This document shows positions 27,791 to 41,358 of a stretch of 64,000 nt of DNA, piece by piece. Position numbers and translations under genes: made by a program. Origin of the DNA: Octopus bimaculoides (taxonomy: Eukaryota); the NCBI RefSeq assembly GCF_001194135.2, contig NC_068984.1, forward strand, positions 65,071,013 through 65,135,012, written 5' to 3'. The notes beneath the pieces were generated by a model. The model made no database searches and was not told the DNA's origin. It saw only the letters and a program-made list of their open reading frames with translations. Position 1 is the stretch's first letter. Every line of letters starts with the position of its first letter.

Positions 27791-28877
27791 TATTATTATT
27801 ATTATTAACATTGTCACTGATATTGGAATGATTTTTACTATTATTTTTAACTTTGGCTCCAGTATGGTTATTTCATGGACCTTTGTTGCAATTGATGCTG
27901 TCTTCATTATTGATAGTATTATTCAACCACCACTGCCATCATTATCATATTTATTATTACTGTTGATGATAATATTTCTATTATACCTAGAACAATTGCT
28001 GTTGCTTAACAATATATTAATATTATTATCGGCCTAGTTAGCATTATGACAGATCTTAGTTCCAAAAACTTTAAAGTCTTCCATACTTTATTTCAATTAT
28101 ATAACTGATTTTTTTCTTTTTTTTTATGGTTCACCCTTATATATTTTCATTTTCATTTGTTTTTTATTTCCTAAATATTTTCTAGCAGCATCATTCTTAT
28201 TTACACATTTTGACACTTATGCAGGTTTCCGAAATGCTGCTTCCACAGTAGAAGACTATTTCATTTACCATTATCTCCTTTTTAATTGATTCGCTTTGAT
28301 CTCTCCTTTCTACTCCATGTTTCCCAACTAATATTTACAACCTCTCATTGATATTGAAGCTTCTCAAACCAACAAAATGGCCCTTTCATTTTTGCATTCT
28401 TTCTCCTCTTTTTTTTCTATAACCTACTCTATCTAACCCCACCTTCCTCACATTTTTCTAACATTTTTTTATTTCAGTTCTTTTCCCTTCTTCCTCATGT
28501 TCACTTCTCCATTAATATTTATCTCTCTATTTCTCCAAGTTTTTATTGATGCCTCTGTATTATCTTAAACATGTGACTTGCTATTATCGCATGCACAATT
28601 GTCACTTATTTTCTCAACAAAAATTTTCCGTTTTACCAACTTGAAGATTTTAATGTGTCATGCTTCATACAAGTTGATATTCTTGTTTATTTGTGATGCA
28701 TAATTATTGTGCTTGCTTTTACAAAATACATTCTAACAGCAACCAATCACCAAATTTCTGAAACAGATGTAAAGATTTGGCTTCCTCCTGTCAAATGAAT
28801 ATGTATATGCAATATCTCATATAAATTATATGCTACCATCTGTTATTGTGTGTCCATCTTTTGTCCTTTTATCAGTC

Positions 28878-28934
<57 letters not shown>

Positions 28935-29749
28935 TTTTGTATAAATATGCTTGGGCTTACACTTACTGATGTATTAAAAGGCACATGTTAGCATATGAAT
29001 TAGGGTTCCCTCTTCAAACCTTATCATCTCTTACATTCTTAATATACATGGTATAAAGTGATGTAAGCTTGGATTCAGTCTGTAACATAGTAAAAAAGAG
29101 CACACATATTACAGACGCACAAAACTATGGAGTCACTGTACTCAGAGCAGATGATAGATTTTGTTGGTTTTTTGTCTTTTATATGATGGAAATAATATTT
29201 TCCAAAATTAGATAGCAGGCTACATGAGGATGAGTCACTTTTGACAGCATTAGATCATTCATCTTCTGATTTAGCCTACTTAGAATGTGGTAATAAATCT
29301 AATCCATACAATAGTGATTTTAAGATAGATAATAAAACAAATAAGTGGTGGGAGACTGCCTGATCTAATTACCTTTCTTTAGACAGGTATAAACTTCATA
29401 CTGAAAGCTTCTTCGAAATTACTTAGTAGGAAGTTTCTCCCACAGCACAGATATTGTTAGTTTGATTTAAAAAAACACAGTTTCTTTTCTTGTGGTGATT
29501 ATAAGAGCCTCAAATAAAGCTAAATTAAACAGACAGAACAACTGTCCACAATTAAGATCACAGTTTAAATTCAAGAAGAGTGGAAAATTAGGCATTACAA
29601 ATTTAAATATACATCTTACAACTTCCCTACTCTATCTGAGAAACTTAAATCTGTAGAGATATGCGTTGCAAGTAGCCCTGGGATCTTATGACACTGCCTA
29701 TCCACTACTAATGTCTCAAAGTATGAACAATATAATCCTGATAATGTAT

Positions 29750-30070
29750 TGAGCTTCAACAAGCAATCTCATACAAAAGATGGCAGACTGAATCTTCTAA
29801 ATAGTAATACTCTCAGTTGTAACTTCAGAACTCCTAATGAGTGTCCTTTAGATAGGAATTGTGTATACAAAATGCAATACATTTCAATGCACAATCACAG
29901 CTTTATTTATATAAAACCGTTTTTCTACCTCTTCATCAGAATATATTTTCAGTTTAAAGTCTAAAGGACTTAAGTTGAAAATGCATTAGTTTGTTGTTGA
30001 TTCTACCAAACATTAACAAAAGTGGTATGTCAGAAGCATTGAATATGTTCACACGAGAAACTTTCAAATC
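29750..30070 (+). mobile_element. Penelope-like element fragment (Cys-rich linker preceding GIY-YIG)
   Basis: SCNFRTPNECPLDRNC-VYK resembles the CNCR..xCPLxGxC....VYK linker of Penelope/Poseidon ORFs; the rest is heavily decayed. Confidence 0.45.
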
Positions 30071-30589
30071 TTATGGTTGATAATCAATACCTGCTCAATC
30101 ACAAGCATGAATTAGTTATTAATTGCACATATAGATGTAGAATAAAGTGGTTATTTAGTAACTATACTGTGCCGAGTTAATACTTATCAATTAATCAGTA
30201 ATAGTTTAAACATATGCTGGTATATGTAATCCATGTAAAAGCAATATAAATTTTAGGAAGTTTATGAGCTTTCTATAATTTATGCCTGTTTTCCTTCTGT
30301 TCATCCATATTTCATTTAGATGCAATTATCCCAAGTAGAATAGTTAGTATCAAATGAAGCATGCATAGGATAAATACTTAAGTACTATTACTTATATGGC
30401 TTATTCATCCTGTAACTCTGTCACCTTAACTGAAATGTTATTATTGCTATAACTAAAGATTAAATATTTTATCATTGCATTAACTATTTTATCTACATAG
30501 ATGTTGCTTTAATTGACCATACTAAATACTGTTATCTTTTTATTGTTTTATTTTCTATAATTTCTTTAAAATTTGTATTTTTTGTATCA

Positions 30590-31306
30590 CCTGCACAGTT
30601 ACTTGCCTGGAATTTATTCCATCAAGTCAATTTTGAGCACAATATCAATCTTAGTCTTTCAAAATATTCTTTCCTCAGCTGTTCTTTTATTTCCTTCTCC
30701 ATGATTTCACTGAACTCTAGCATGCCAAACTACTTATCACCTTCCATTTCAATTTGTTTCATTACTTCCTATTTGGTAATTCTCTCTCTGCCCGGGACAT
30801 ACACCTTGCCTCTTTTCCCTCATTACACCACAATTCTTGAGTCTGAATTCGATCTTAATGCCAGCACTAAAACAATGGACAGTGTTCACCAAGGAGTTCA
30901 CATGTACCTCATGCACCATACAGCTTCAAATCATCCATGAAGAGAAGATGGTTGATTCTTTGTGTTTTTCCTTTGAGCTTAGATCTCAAGTTCCCCTTTC
31001 CTCAGCACCAAGTACAAAAAGCAACAGAGATAAGCTATCTCCTTAGTAAATCCCTCTCTTGATGCCCAGCATGCCCAAGTATTGTCTATACAAGGTGAAC
31101 TCAGTCTTCCAACCCTCAATACTTCTCTTCAGAAGACATGTTACACACCTTGCAATCCTAAATATATCTAATCACTCAATGATCCATGAAAGTGGAATTA
31201 TATCACAAGCTTTGTGGCAATCAATCCAGGCCATTCCCAAATTTGTCCTCCTTTACTTAAAACCTTGTATTACCATTTTGTCTATTGATACTTGGTCTTT
31301 TGTACC
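30590..31306 (-). mobile_element. Non-LTR retrotransposon RT fragment, R4/Dong-like
   Basis: Minus strand, colinear: GTKDQ.SIDKMV; RRTNLGMAWIDCHKACD; IKRGIY*GDSLS; NHLLFMDDLKLYG (30930-30953); VNSLVNTVHCFS; EIKEQLRKEYFERLRLILCSKL. Contains stops and frameshifts. Confidence 0.85.
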
Positions 31307-31325
31307 TTTATCGTTATTATCGTCA

Positions 31326-31368
<43 letters not shown>

Positions 31369-32862
31369 GATTATTATTATCATCATTATTATTGCAGTTG
31401 TTGTTATTGTCATTATCAGTTTATCCTTCTGTAGAATAACGTATTTATATTAATATTAGTAGTGCAGGAATGTCTTTGTAATTATGATTAAATCTTTTCT
31501 TATGTACAGAAGTTGATGCTACTTCATATTTGGTATTGTATGACAGTATGAATCTTTAATGTATATCATAAGGTTACTCGTTTTAAATACCCTGGTGACA
31601 TATTCAAGCCTTCCTGTTTGCCAAAACTAATTTATAATGGCTACAGCTAGCTGATTCAGTTAACCTGTTTGAGCTCATTGCTATTAGTCTTGTTCTATCT
31701 GTTATTTGATGCCCTGCTATCTTTATTTTCCTTAATTCCTATTCATTATTCATTAGCATGTATTCCTTCCTTTGCCATTTATTATCTTATCTTGTTTCCT
31801 TTTTGCTTTTATTTTCAGTTTAGGTTTTACTCATTTTTCTCTATTTTTACTCTACTTAGATTTTTATTCTTCATCTCTGCAAATTGTTTTTTTTTAAAAT
31901 ATAATACTTTGCTGTAGTATCTCCTAAATTTTGTACTACTTTATCACTACTGATATTAATTGCATTTTGTTTGAGCATGATAGTTTGGTATATTAGAGTA
32001 GCATTTTGAATTTTTTTATATACATTAACGTTATCCTCTGATGAAATGGTTTGTTAAAGTTCCTTGCAACCACTATAATTATTGTTGAAGATACACTCAT
32101 AAAATCTGTAATATATATATATATCAGTTAATATACAGAATTTACAAATGAGCAACTAACAGTTTCAAGCTTTAGGGATACAATAAATTGACAGATTTAT
32201 ATAACATATATAAATGGATAAAAGAGATGCAAGTTATGTATAGCTGGAAGAGCACACATTCTTTTTAGGTCCAAGAATTGCACCACACTACTTAATTTCA
32301 CATCCAAAATTTTAAGCAAATGGAAGCACATGGACAAGTTTCCTTTGTTGAACAGGAGGACAGCACCTGCACTGGACTGAGTGGCTATCTCACAGACTTT
32401 GGCCTTCTTTCTGTTATATTATTCTACAACAGCTAGATTAATAATAATTTCTACAGACAAAGAGGACAAAGATTTTGATTTTCATCGCATTTTTTTCTTC
32501 TCGTTTTTTTTTCATGTTCTTTCATAGACCAGTGTCCTGGTTTTTAAATATATCTACCAATATTCAGTGAGCCTGAAAGATTGCTTGGAGATACATGGCA
32601 TGTTATATAAATCTGCGAATTCATTCTGTCTCTAAAGCATGAAATTATTAATGGCTCTTTTGTAAATTGCATATATTAAAAATTTATCCCTCACTGGATG
32701 GAGTGCATTTTTTGTTGATCTTACTTATAACAGAAATGTAAACTATATATATACATACACACAAAATATATACCTACACACAGATGTGTGTCCATGTATT
32801 TTACAGCTTTTTATCAAAATTAAAATTAAAATTTATGATACACATTAAAACTATACCTCAGA

Positions 32863-32901
<39 letters not shown>

Positions 32902-33166
32902 NNNNNNNNNNNNNNNNNNNNNNNNNNNNNNNNNNNNNNNNNNNNNNNNNNNNNNNNNNNNNNNNNNNNNNNNNNNNNNNNNNNNNNNNNNNNNNNNNNN
33001 NNNNNNNNNNNNNNNNNNNNNNNNNNNNNNNNNNNNNNNNNNNNNNNNNNNNNNNNNNNNNNNNNNNNNNNNNNNNNNNNNNNNNNNNNNNNNNNNNNNN
33101 NNNNNNNNNNNNNNNNNNNNNNNNNNNNNNNNNNNNNNNNNNNNNNNNNNNNNNNNNNNNNNNNNN

Positions 33167-33210
<44 letters not shown>

Positions 33211-33702
33211 TGCATACAGACACATATAAATGTTTGTGAATGTACACACATATATAGATATACTTATGAATTAGCTACAAGAAGTTATTCTAATTGGCTT
33301 GCTTTTTGTTTTGTCCTTTTTTTTACTATAAAAGATTGAACATAAACACAAAATTCCTATCCACCACATAATACAATATATAATTTGGATTTAAATGAAT
33401 ATCTGCATAGTTTACAGCTTGTGGTTCCAAACAGAAATTGTGTAGACAATTTCAATTACAATTTAGAAATGAAATTCTCTATTTAATGACATGATAAAAA
33501 GACAGAAAAGAAATATGTTCATGTGATTAAAAATAAATAATTTCATAAAGATTTCATCATTTATGAAAATAACTAAAATATTGAAGTCTAAGAGACAATT
33601 TAGAAATCTTAAACAAGGTCCCTGTGACTTTTGGAATTCAAAAAAAAAAAAAATTCTTAATCCATTCATGGACTATATTTCTAGAAAATAGATTATTTAT
33701 TG

Positions 33703-34050
33703 CAGTGGTTCTCCACTGGGGTACACATGGTCCCTGAAGGTCCATATAAGATTTTTGGAGGTCCCCACAACAAAATAGCAAACTGGGGATCCACAATAGT
33801 ATTTTAAGGGCCCCTGAAAAATTTTGCTTTAGATATATTTATTAGTATGTATTACAAGAAACAGCTAGGCTTCTTTCTTTAGCATTTTACATGGTTCAAC
33901 CTATAGAAATTAATCTGTGAAAAACAAAATAGGAATTTTGAAAGAAATTTTAATAAAACTAGCTTTTAAGCAGTGAATGGCTATGAGGTTCCACCAGAAT
34001 AAAATAGTAATCAAAGAGGTCCATAGGTAAAAAATGGTTGAGAATCCCTG
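33703..34050. mobile_element. hAT/Charlie-like MITE (348 bp)
   Basis: TIRs CAGTGGTTCTCCAC and GTTGAGAATCCCTG; degenerate 8-bp TSD atttattg / atctatgg. Confidence 0.8.
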
Positions 34051-35279
34051 ATCTATGGCTTTCAATTAATTTCTAACACAATCCTAACGGCTAAGGAATG
34101 TAGCAAAATGTGGATATATTTATATGTTAGTAACTTATCCTGCTATCGACCAACTGTAAAACAGATACCATGCACGTAATAATAAGATTTTAATGCAGTG
34201 AGTGATTCAGAAGTCCCTTTACAATTTGAATGGTGCATAATTTTTTTTCTTTTTCATTTTGTAATAATTTTCTTTTTATATATGTTTAATATACTCCTTG
34301 CTATTTTCTTATGAATATCATTTGAAATAGAATTTTTTAATACATTTTGGAAGTGTCACTATCAAAATATGAATGAAGATTCATTATCTCACAATACATA
34401 GCACAATAAAACTTGGTAGCTGAATCCATGCTTTCACTAATAGTTTTTAGCTCAAGATCAGACATAGATACCCTTTGAATCCTCCAATCTTTGAGCAAAA
34501 TATTAAGTTGATGAGACAGAGCTGCACCAGTAATTTATTTCAGCTGAGTAGACTGTTAACATAAAATGAGGTGCTTTACTTAAGGACACAATATAACACT
34601 GGTGTATTATGTCAAACTCAGAACCTTGTCATTATGTGCTTAAAATGTGTGTGTGTGTGTGTGTGTGAGTGTGTACATAACATATCGTAAGCATTTTCTC
34701 AGTGGACAGACAACTTATTAAATGAGACATTGAGTTTATACTGTTCTTTGCCTTGTGCTGGGCTGTTCATGACTATCACGAGCAACCAAGGCTGGGATGA
34801 CATTCAGAATAGACTATCAACATTAGAAATAATAAATATACACACTCTCTCTCTCTTACACACACACACACTCACACACATATATAGACATACATATATA
34901 TATGTATATATATATNNNNNNNNNNNNNNNNNNNNNNNNNNNNNNNNNNNNNNNNNNNNNNNNNNNNNNNNNNNNNNNNNNNNNNNNNNNNNNNNNNNNN
35001 NNNNNNNNNNNNNNNNNNNNNNNNNNNNNNNNNNNNNNNNNNNNNNNNNNNNNNNNNNNNNNNNNNNNNNNNNNNNNNNNNNNNNNNNNNNNNNNNNNNN
35101 NNNNNNNNNNNNNNNNNNNNNNNNNNNNNNNNNNNNNNNNNNNNNNNNNNNNNNNNNNNNNNNNNNNNNNNNNNNNNNNNNNNNNNNNNNNNNNNNNNNN
35201 NNNNNNNNNNNNNNNNNNNNNNNNNNNNNNNNNNNNNNNNNNNNNNNNNNNNNNNNNNNNNNNNNNNNNNNNNNNNNNN

Positions 35280-35318
<39 letters not shown>

Positions 35319-36768
35319 TGAATATACTTACTTCTACATACATATACATACTGCCTCTAACAAAGCACTGAATAGTAAATTAACTGTAGCCTTCCTCATT
35401 TTTTAACTGAGATTATCTGGAATATAGGCACATGCATTCACCTCAACACACACAGACACAATTTCATTCTTCGAGCAAAACAATCATTGGTCAATCCAAA
35501 TTGATTCTTTAAAACTGTAGTTATAGGTGCCATAAATTATTCTTTTCGTGTTACTTAACCAAAAGTAAATACTTTTCACCATGTTTATCTAAACTTGTAT
35601 TTTAGGTTTGAATTTATCATTATTTAAGTCAATAGTTCCTAACCTTGACCAATCAAAAAGAAAAATTAAAATTAATATCTCTAAATACCTATTTTCAAAC
35701 CATCATAATAGGCAATTAAGCAATACAAATTTGAACATGAGTTTTGAAAAGGAAATTTAATTAATAATAGCTGAATTTAAAAGGCCATTTTCCATACAGA
35801 ATTCTCAAAAGAAATCTTCAAATTATAAATATACTGAGCCAATACAGTAAGGATTACTTTTTCTACCAGAAAGATATTGCTAAATCATTACTTATAATGT
35901 ATTTAATTATTCAAAAAGATAAACGTTTAACACAACAGTTTAGAACAAAATAACAGGAATTAGAAAGAAAAAAAAACTATTGAAAATAAGATTGAAGCAG
36001 ACTTTTTTGTATGCTGCTTAATGTTTTGGAAAATACTTAAAATATCAATAAAGCAAGAATATATACTGAAAAATGTATAATTGTGTCAATATTTCTGATA
36101 GAAACAGAAGTTTTTAAATTTGAAAATGCATAGAAATCTTTCACTTCATTTAACTATAACAAAAAAAAAAATAAGTGGAATGAAATGGGTGAAACAAAAA
36201 AAAGTACAACAAATGAAGACATAAAAAGAGAGAGTAAATATGAATTTAAAGCAGAATAGATGTTGATATTGAAGAATAGTAGCAAGATATTTACACTCCT
36301 ACAGATTAACAAATACTTATTTCATGTTTTATGAACTGATAAGATGATATTTAGAAATCCTAATAGGACATTAAGCTAATAATGAATTTATTTGATGTAA
36401 TCTAGAACTTGAAGAGTAATGATGAAGACACTAAAGGAGATAATGGAAAAAATTATAATGGAGAGCATGATAAATTCATACAACTAATCTCAACCCCACA
36501 AGTACATATTAGGTTCCTCTGCAGTATATGAACAAAATATTTAATATATTAAGCTAATACTTAATCCTCTACTTTAGCTCTTGAGACAGTAAAATGAACA
36601 ATAAAGTAATATGATTAGATTTATTAGAAAACAAGTTCTTAATAATGCTTTTACATAATATTACTTAAATATTTCTCAAATATGGTTATTTATCTTTACT
36701 ACTATTACTATTATTATTATCATTATTATCATTACCAACAATACTAATCACCTACCTACCCAATGTTG

Positions 36769-36825
<57 letters not shown>

Positions 36826-37232
36826 ATCTGCCTTACATGCTTGAATTGGAAAATCTATTGAAACCACATTTGCCTTTCATGGGTCCAACTTTTAGAAAAT
36901 AAAATCCTTAGACAGAAATCACTTCAACTGGAAATATTTCACATTTAGGGAAATTAGACTTATGTCAAATGAAAACAAACATTTTTCTAGAAGTGTATTA
37001 TTTCTAAAATTGGTTAACTGGGTCTTCTTTCTCTAACACATTTACTACTGTATAAAAAGAGTATGATACTGAAGTACAAGGCATAACTTTTTTTAAACAT
37101 AACTAAATAAAAGAGAAACATTTTTTGATAAGTACAATGCTGAATGAATTTTTTACAGTTAGCCAAAGAGAAATATGAGTATGATATATATTCTACAAGT
37201 TTTTGAACAGCCATTTCCTTTAGCACAAAGAT

Positions 37233-37244
37233 GATTATTATTAC

Positions 37245-37305
<61 letters not shown>

Positions 37306-37427
37306 TTATGCTTGACTTTTGCTCTGCATTTGTACAAGTTGGGTCCAAGTCTCACCCACAGACCTCAAGAGACAAGTTAGAAGTTATTATTATTATTATC
37401 ATTATTATTATTATCATCATTATCATT

Positions 37428-37462
<35 letters not shown>

Positions 37463-37503
37463 CATAATGATGATGATGATGATGATGATGATGATGGTGA
37501 TGA
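37233..37503. repeat. (ATT)n and (ATT/ATC/ATG)n arrays flanking a ~75-bp repeat core
   Basis: Direct reading; core 37306-37382. Confidence 0.85.
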
Positions 37504-37921
37504 TAAAGGGAGCATTAAAAACAAGAAAGTGGGTAACTGTTCAAGTGTTGAAACATAATATAAGTTCCTTGTTCTGTTTTGCTCTCTTCGACATTTTTGA
37601 GAAAATCTCATGTCCATATATGTTATTCAAAATCAAATCACAAGTTCAGTCTGATGATGATGGAGTTTAAGTTACTGAAATATTAACCAGATTAAAACAT
37701 TGGAATACTAACTAGAAGCTATATGTCCCAGCTTTGACATTAGCTATTATCTTATACACTGCAGGCTAGGATGCTTAACTTGATAATGCTAATAGTAAAT
37801 ATTAAATGCTAGTTATATCTGAAGTGATAGCATGTATTTTCAAATAGCAAGAGTAGAGGACATGTAACTGAGAAGTCTGAACTCTACTTCATATCCTCAA
37901 TATTACAATGTATTCATAATT

Positions 37922-38285
37922 GCAGGTGTGACTGTTTGTTAAGAAGCTTGCTCCCCAACGATATGGTTCTGGTTGCAGTCCCACTGCATGGAACCTTTAG
38001 CACTAGTCTTCTACTATAGCATCAGGCTGACCAAAGCCTTCTGAATGGCTTTGGTAAATGGAAGCTGAAAGAAGTCTGTCATATGTGTGTGTGTATTCCA
38101 TCACTGCTTGACATCAAGCGTTTGTGGGCTTATGTCCCTGCAACCTAGCAGATCAGTAAAAGAGATCCATGGAATATGTACCAGGCTTAAAAAATAAGTA
38201 TTGAGATTGATTCATTTGACTAAAAATTCTTCAAGGTGGTGCCCCAGTATGGTCACAGACTAATGACTGAAATAAGTAAGAGATA
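37922..38285 (+). mobile_element. Near full-length composite tRNA-derived SINE with short internal (TG)n
   Basis: Head gttaagaagcttgctcccc..gcagtcccactgc, body ctactatagc..gaccaaagcctt, (TG)5, 3' half ending gactgaaataagtaagaga. Confidence 0.8.
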
Positions 38286-39238
38286 AAATGATCTGGATCA
38301 GATAACAGAGAGCTGGAACTCCTCATTACACTTGGCAGCAGCACAGTCAATTCCAGTAGTTCTTTGACAGGCAGTAATACCAAGCCAAATTTCTGCATAG
38401 GAAAACTTAGCTGTGACAGACCAATGCCCTACTCAGATGAATGACTTTATCTAATTTGCTAATGTTATAAACCTAGATATAAATACTAGGCCAAGTTGAC
38501 CGCTAGAATCCATAAAGAAATTAGCTTAGACTTTTTCTCAGCTGAATAAATTCTAAAGTCAAGCAGTGGTTTAAACTCATGCTTCACTTATATGCAAATG
38601 CATAAATCACTTAACAGCTATCCTTGCTGGTAGCTTTTAAAGTGGAAGAAATGAACTAGAAGCTAAACGTAAGTCAACAAATTCCTCATTGATTCTACAG
38701 CAGTACTGCAGCTACTAAAAACAGTGAATTAATGATACAACCAGTGGTACCTACTGAGAGCAATATATGCTACATTTTCAGAGTTTAAACATTTTGCCTA
38801 TAACACAGTATTAGCCCATACTTCTTGTGCTTGCTTGGTAATGGATCAACTCAGCTGCCATATACATATATATATGAAATATGTACAATTAATCATAATC
38901 AATTGTGTGTGTGTGTGTGTGTGCATATGTTATACATATATATTTACACACATGCATATATGTATATATGTATATATACACATATATATATACATACACA
39001 CACATAAACACACACACACACACACATATACATATATATATATATATATATACACACAAATATTCTATAATTATAAACATAATTATAATTAAGGGGTCGG
39101 CTAATTGCTTCACCACATACTGAATTTAGAAATAGGAGTTAAAAATTCCTTTTCTACTACTGTAAAAATCTCTCAGACAGTAACACACTTTTTTACATAG
39201 GCAAAGAGAAAAATAGTGAATCAATACGACTCCGATTA

Positions 39239-39299
39239 GCGACAGACGCATTTTGAGATTAAAGTATTTAATTTACTTACTTCCCGTCATCAGTGTAGC
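39239..39299 (-). ncRNA. Degenerate type I hammerhead fold (likely inactive)
   Basis: Minus strand gctaca-CTGATGA-...-ctc-AAAATGCGTC-tgtcgc. It differs from canonical cGAAACGCGTC by two CpG-type transitions; stem I has 5/6 pairs and stem II is weak. Confidence 0.35.
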
Positions 39300-41298
39300 A
39301 TTTCCATTATAAGCTTTGAAAGTGCTAGGGTTAAATACGCACACGAGTGAATGACATCGTGCAACAGATACCCAACCAACACTTCCAAAATTTACACAGC
39401 TGAATGTGAATACATATTTATCCCTTGTACCCACGTGTATGTTAGGAGCAGTACCACAGAAAACTGCAGTATTTGATCAGGGAGTAAATTATAATTTAGA
39501 ATTAATAATAAAAGGGTTATGCTTTTAGTAGCAGCAGTACTGCTGCTACTAAATGAGGAATTAATTTAATTTAATTAATTTGATTAATTTAATTTAATTT
39601 AATTAATTTAAATCAATGAGGAATTAATTTAATTAATTAATTTTACCTTTTTATTATTAATTATATATATATATATATATACACACACAAATGAAATTGT
39701 ATGTAATTGTATGTTCAAAGTACTTACATAAGTAAAAGCCAATGATGTTTACAGTATATGTGAAGCTTTAAAGTTTATGATTTGCACAAAGTACTTCGCT
39801 GTTTGATTAGCACTAATTGTAGGTGAGGAAAGAAAGGAGAGAGAATGGAGTGCAATACAATATAATCTTGTGCTTAGTGACATGCAAAGCTATGTATAAT
39901 AATTTAGCAATAATACATAAATATCAGATGGAAAATAACTGAAGACGATATAAGACCTTTGGCAGGAGCACAGAAAATATATCCATAAAGGCATTTGCGC
40001 ACGTGGAAGTGGAAGTTTGATGGAACACAATTTACTTTTCTGAAGATGTTCGCTCTCTCATTTGCATTTGGAAGAGCAGTTACTTAAGAAAACATCTTTT
40101 ACATTAAATACTTAAACTGACAGGGAGCATTATCCATTTACACCTTTTCAGTGACTGTTGTGTACATGTCCATTGGCAATGTCAACATTGCCTGTGTGAG
40201 TAGAAAGTTCATGAGCAAATCTATATTCAACTTCCCTTGAATAATTTATTTTTAATTTTTATTTATTTTTACTATGCTTTACTCTGATTTAGCATCATTA
40301 CTCTAAGAAAAGCCATTATTTGACAATTCTGTGTAATATACATACATTTGATCTATTTTGCTATTGGAGTTTTTGGCTATGTCACATTCTACAGTAAGGT
40401 CTTTGATCTTATAATGGAGAGTATAAATTAATTATTTTGGCATAGATGAAACTCAAGATAGTGTGTAATATGTTCAATTGCTATCAGAATTTGTTGTTAT
40501 CACTCTCTTCTGGCATATGGAATGTTTTCATGTGCAGCAATAAACTACTAAATATTTATAAATATATGCTGTTCTTTATTATTAGTCATACTTTGGGAAC
40601 ATCATGTACATAAACAGTTCTAAGATTGTTCATATGTCTGTATGTTTGCTAGCATGCATAAGTTCATACATACATGTCTGTGTGCATGAACATATGTATA
40701 TTTCTTATGTATATATATATATATCCACATATATAAAGAATATTATGCATGTACACACACACATACATATAAAGAATATCATGCACATACAGATATATAT
40801 ATGTGTGTGTGTGTATGTGTGTGTGTGTGTGTACATGCATGTACATGGTAATTTTACACACATGCACGCATACACACACTATCTATAAATATGTATATAC
40901 ATATATATGTGAACAAGAATATATAATAAACTACTAAATATTTAGAAATATATGCTGTTGTTTATTATTAATAATAGTTTGTGAACATCATGGACATAAA
41001 TAATTCTATAGATGCTTCATATGCTTGTATGTGTGTATGCATGGTATTCATAAGTATGTGTGTATGTATAAATATTGATATGTAAGTGCATAATATTCTT
41101 TATATATATGTGTATGTTTGCATACATGCATAATACTCTTTATATATGCATATATATACATAAGGAATATGCATGTGTTCATGCACACAGATATGTATGT
41201 ATGAACTTATGCATGCTAGCAAACATACAAATATATGAACAATCTTACAACTGTTTATACATGTAAAGATACATATATATATATATACATATAAAGAT

Positions 41299-41358
<60 letters not shown>

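Noticed and set aside
39281-39399. Possible next CUB-gene exon (...STFKAYNGNATLMTG|gtaagt)
   Set aside because: The only open frame needs a phase-2 acceptor, whereas the upstream exon ends in phase 1, which gives a stop after 11 codons; no CUB motif.
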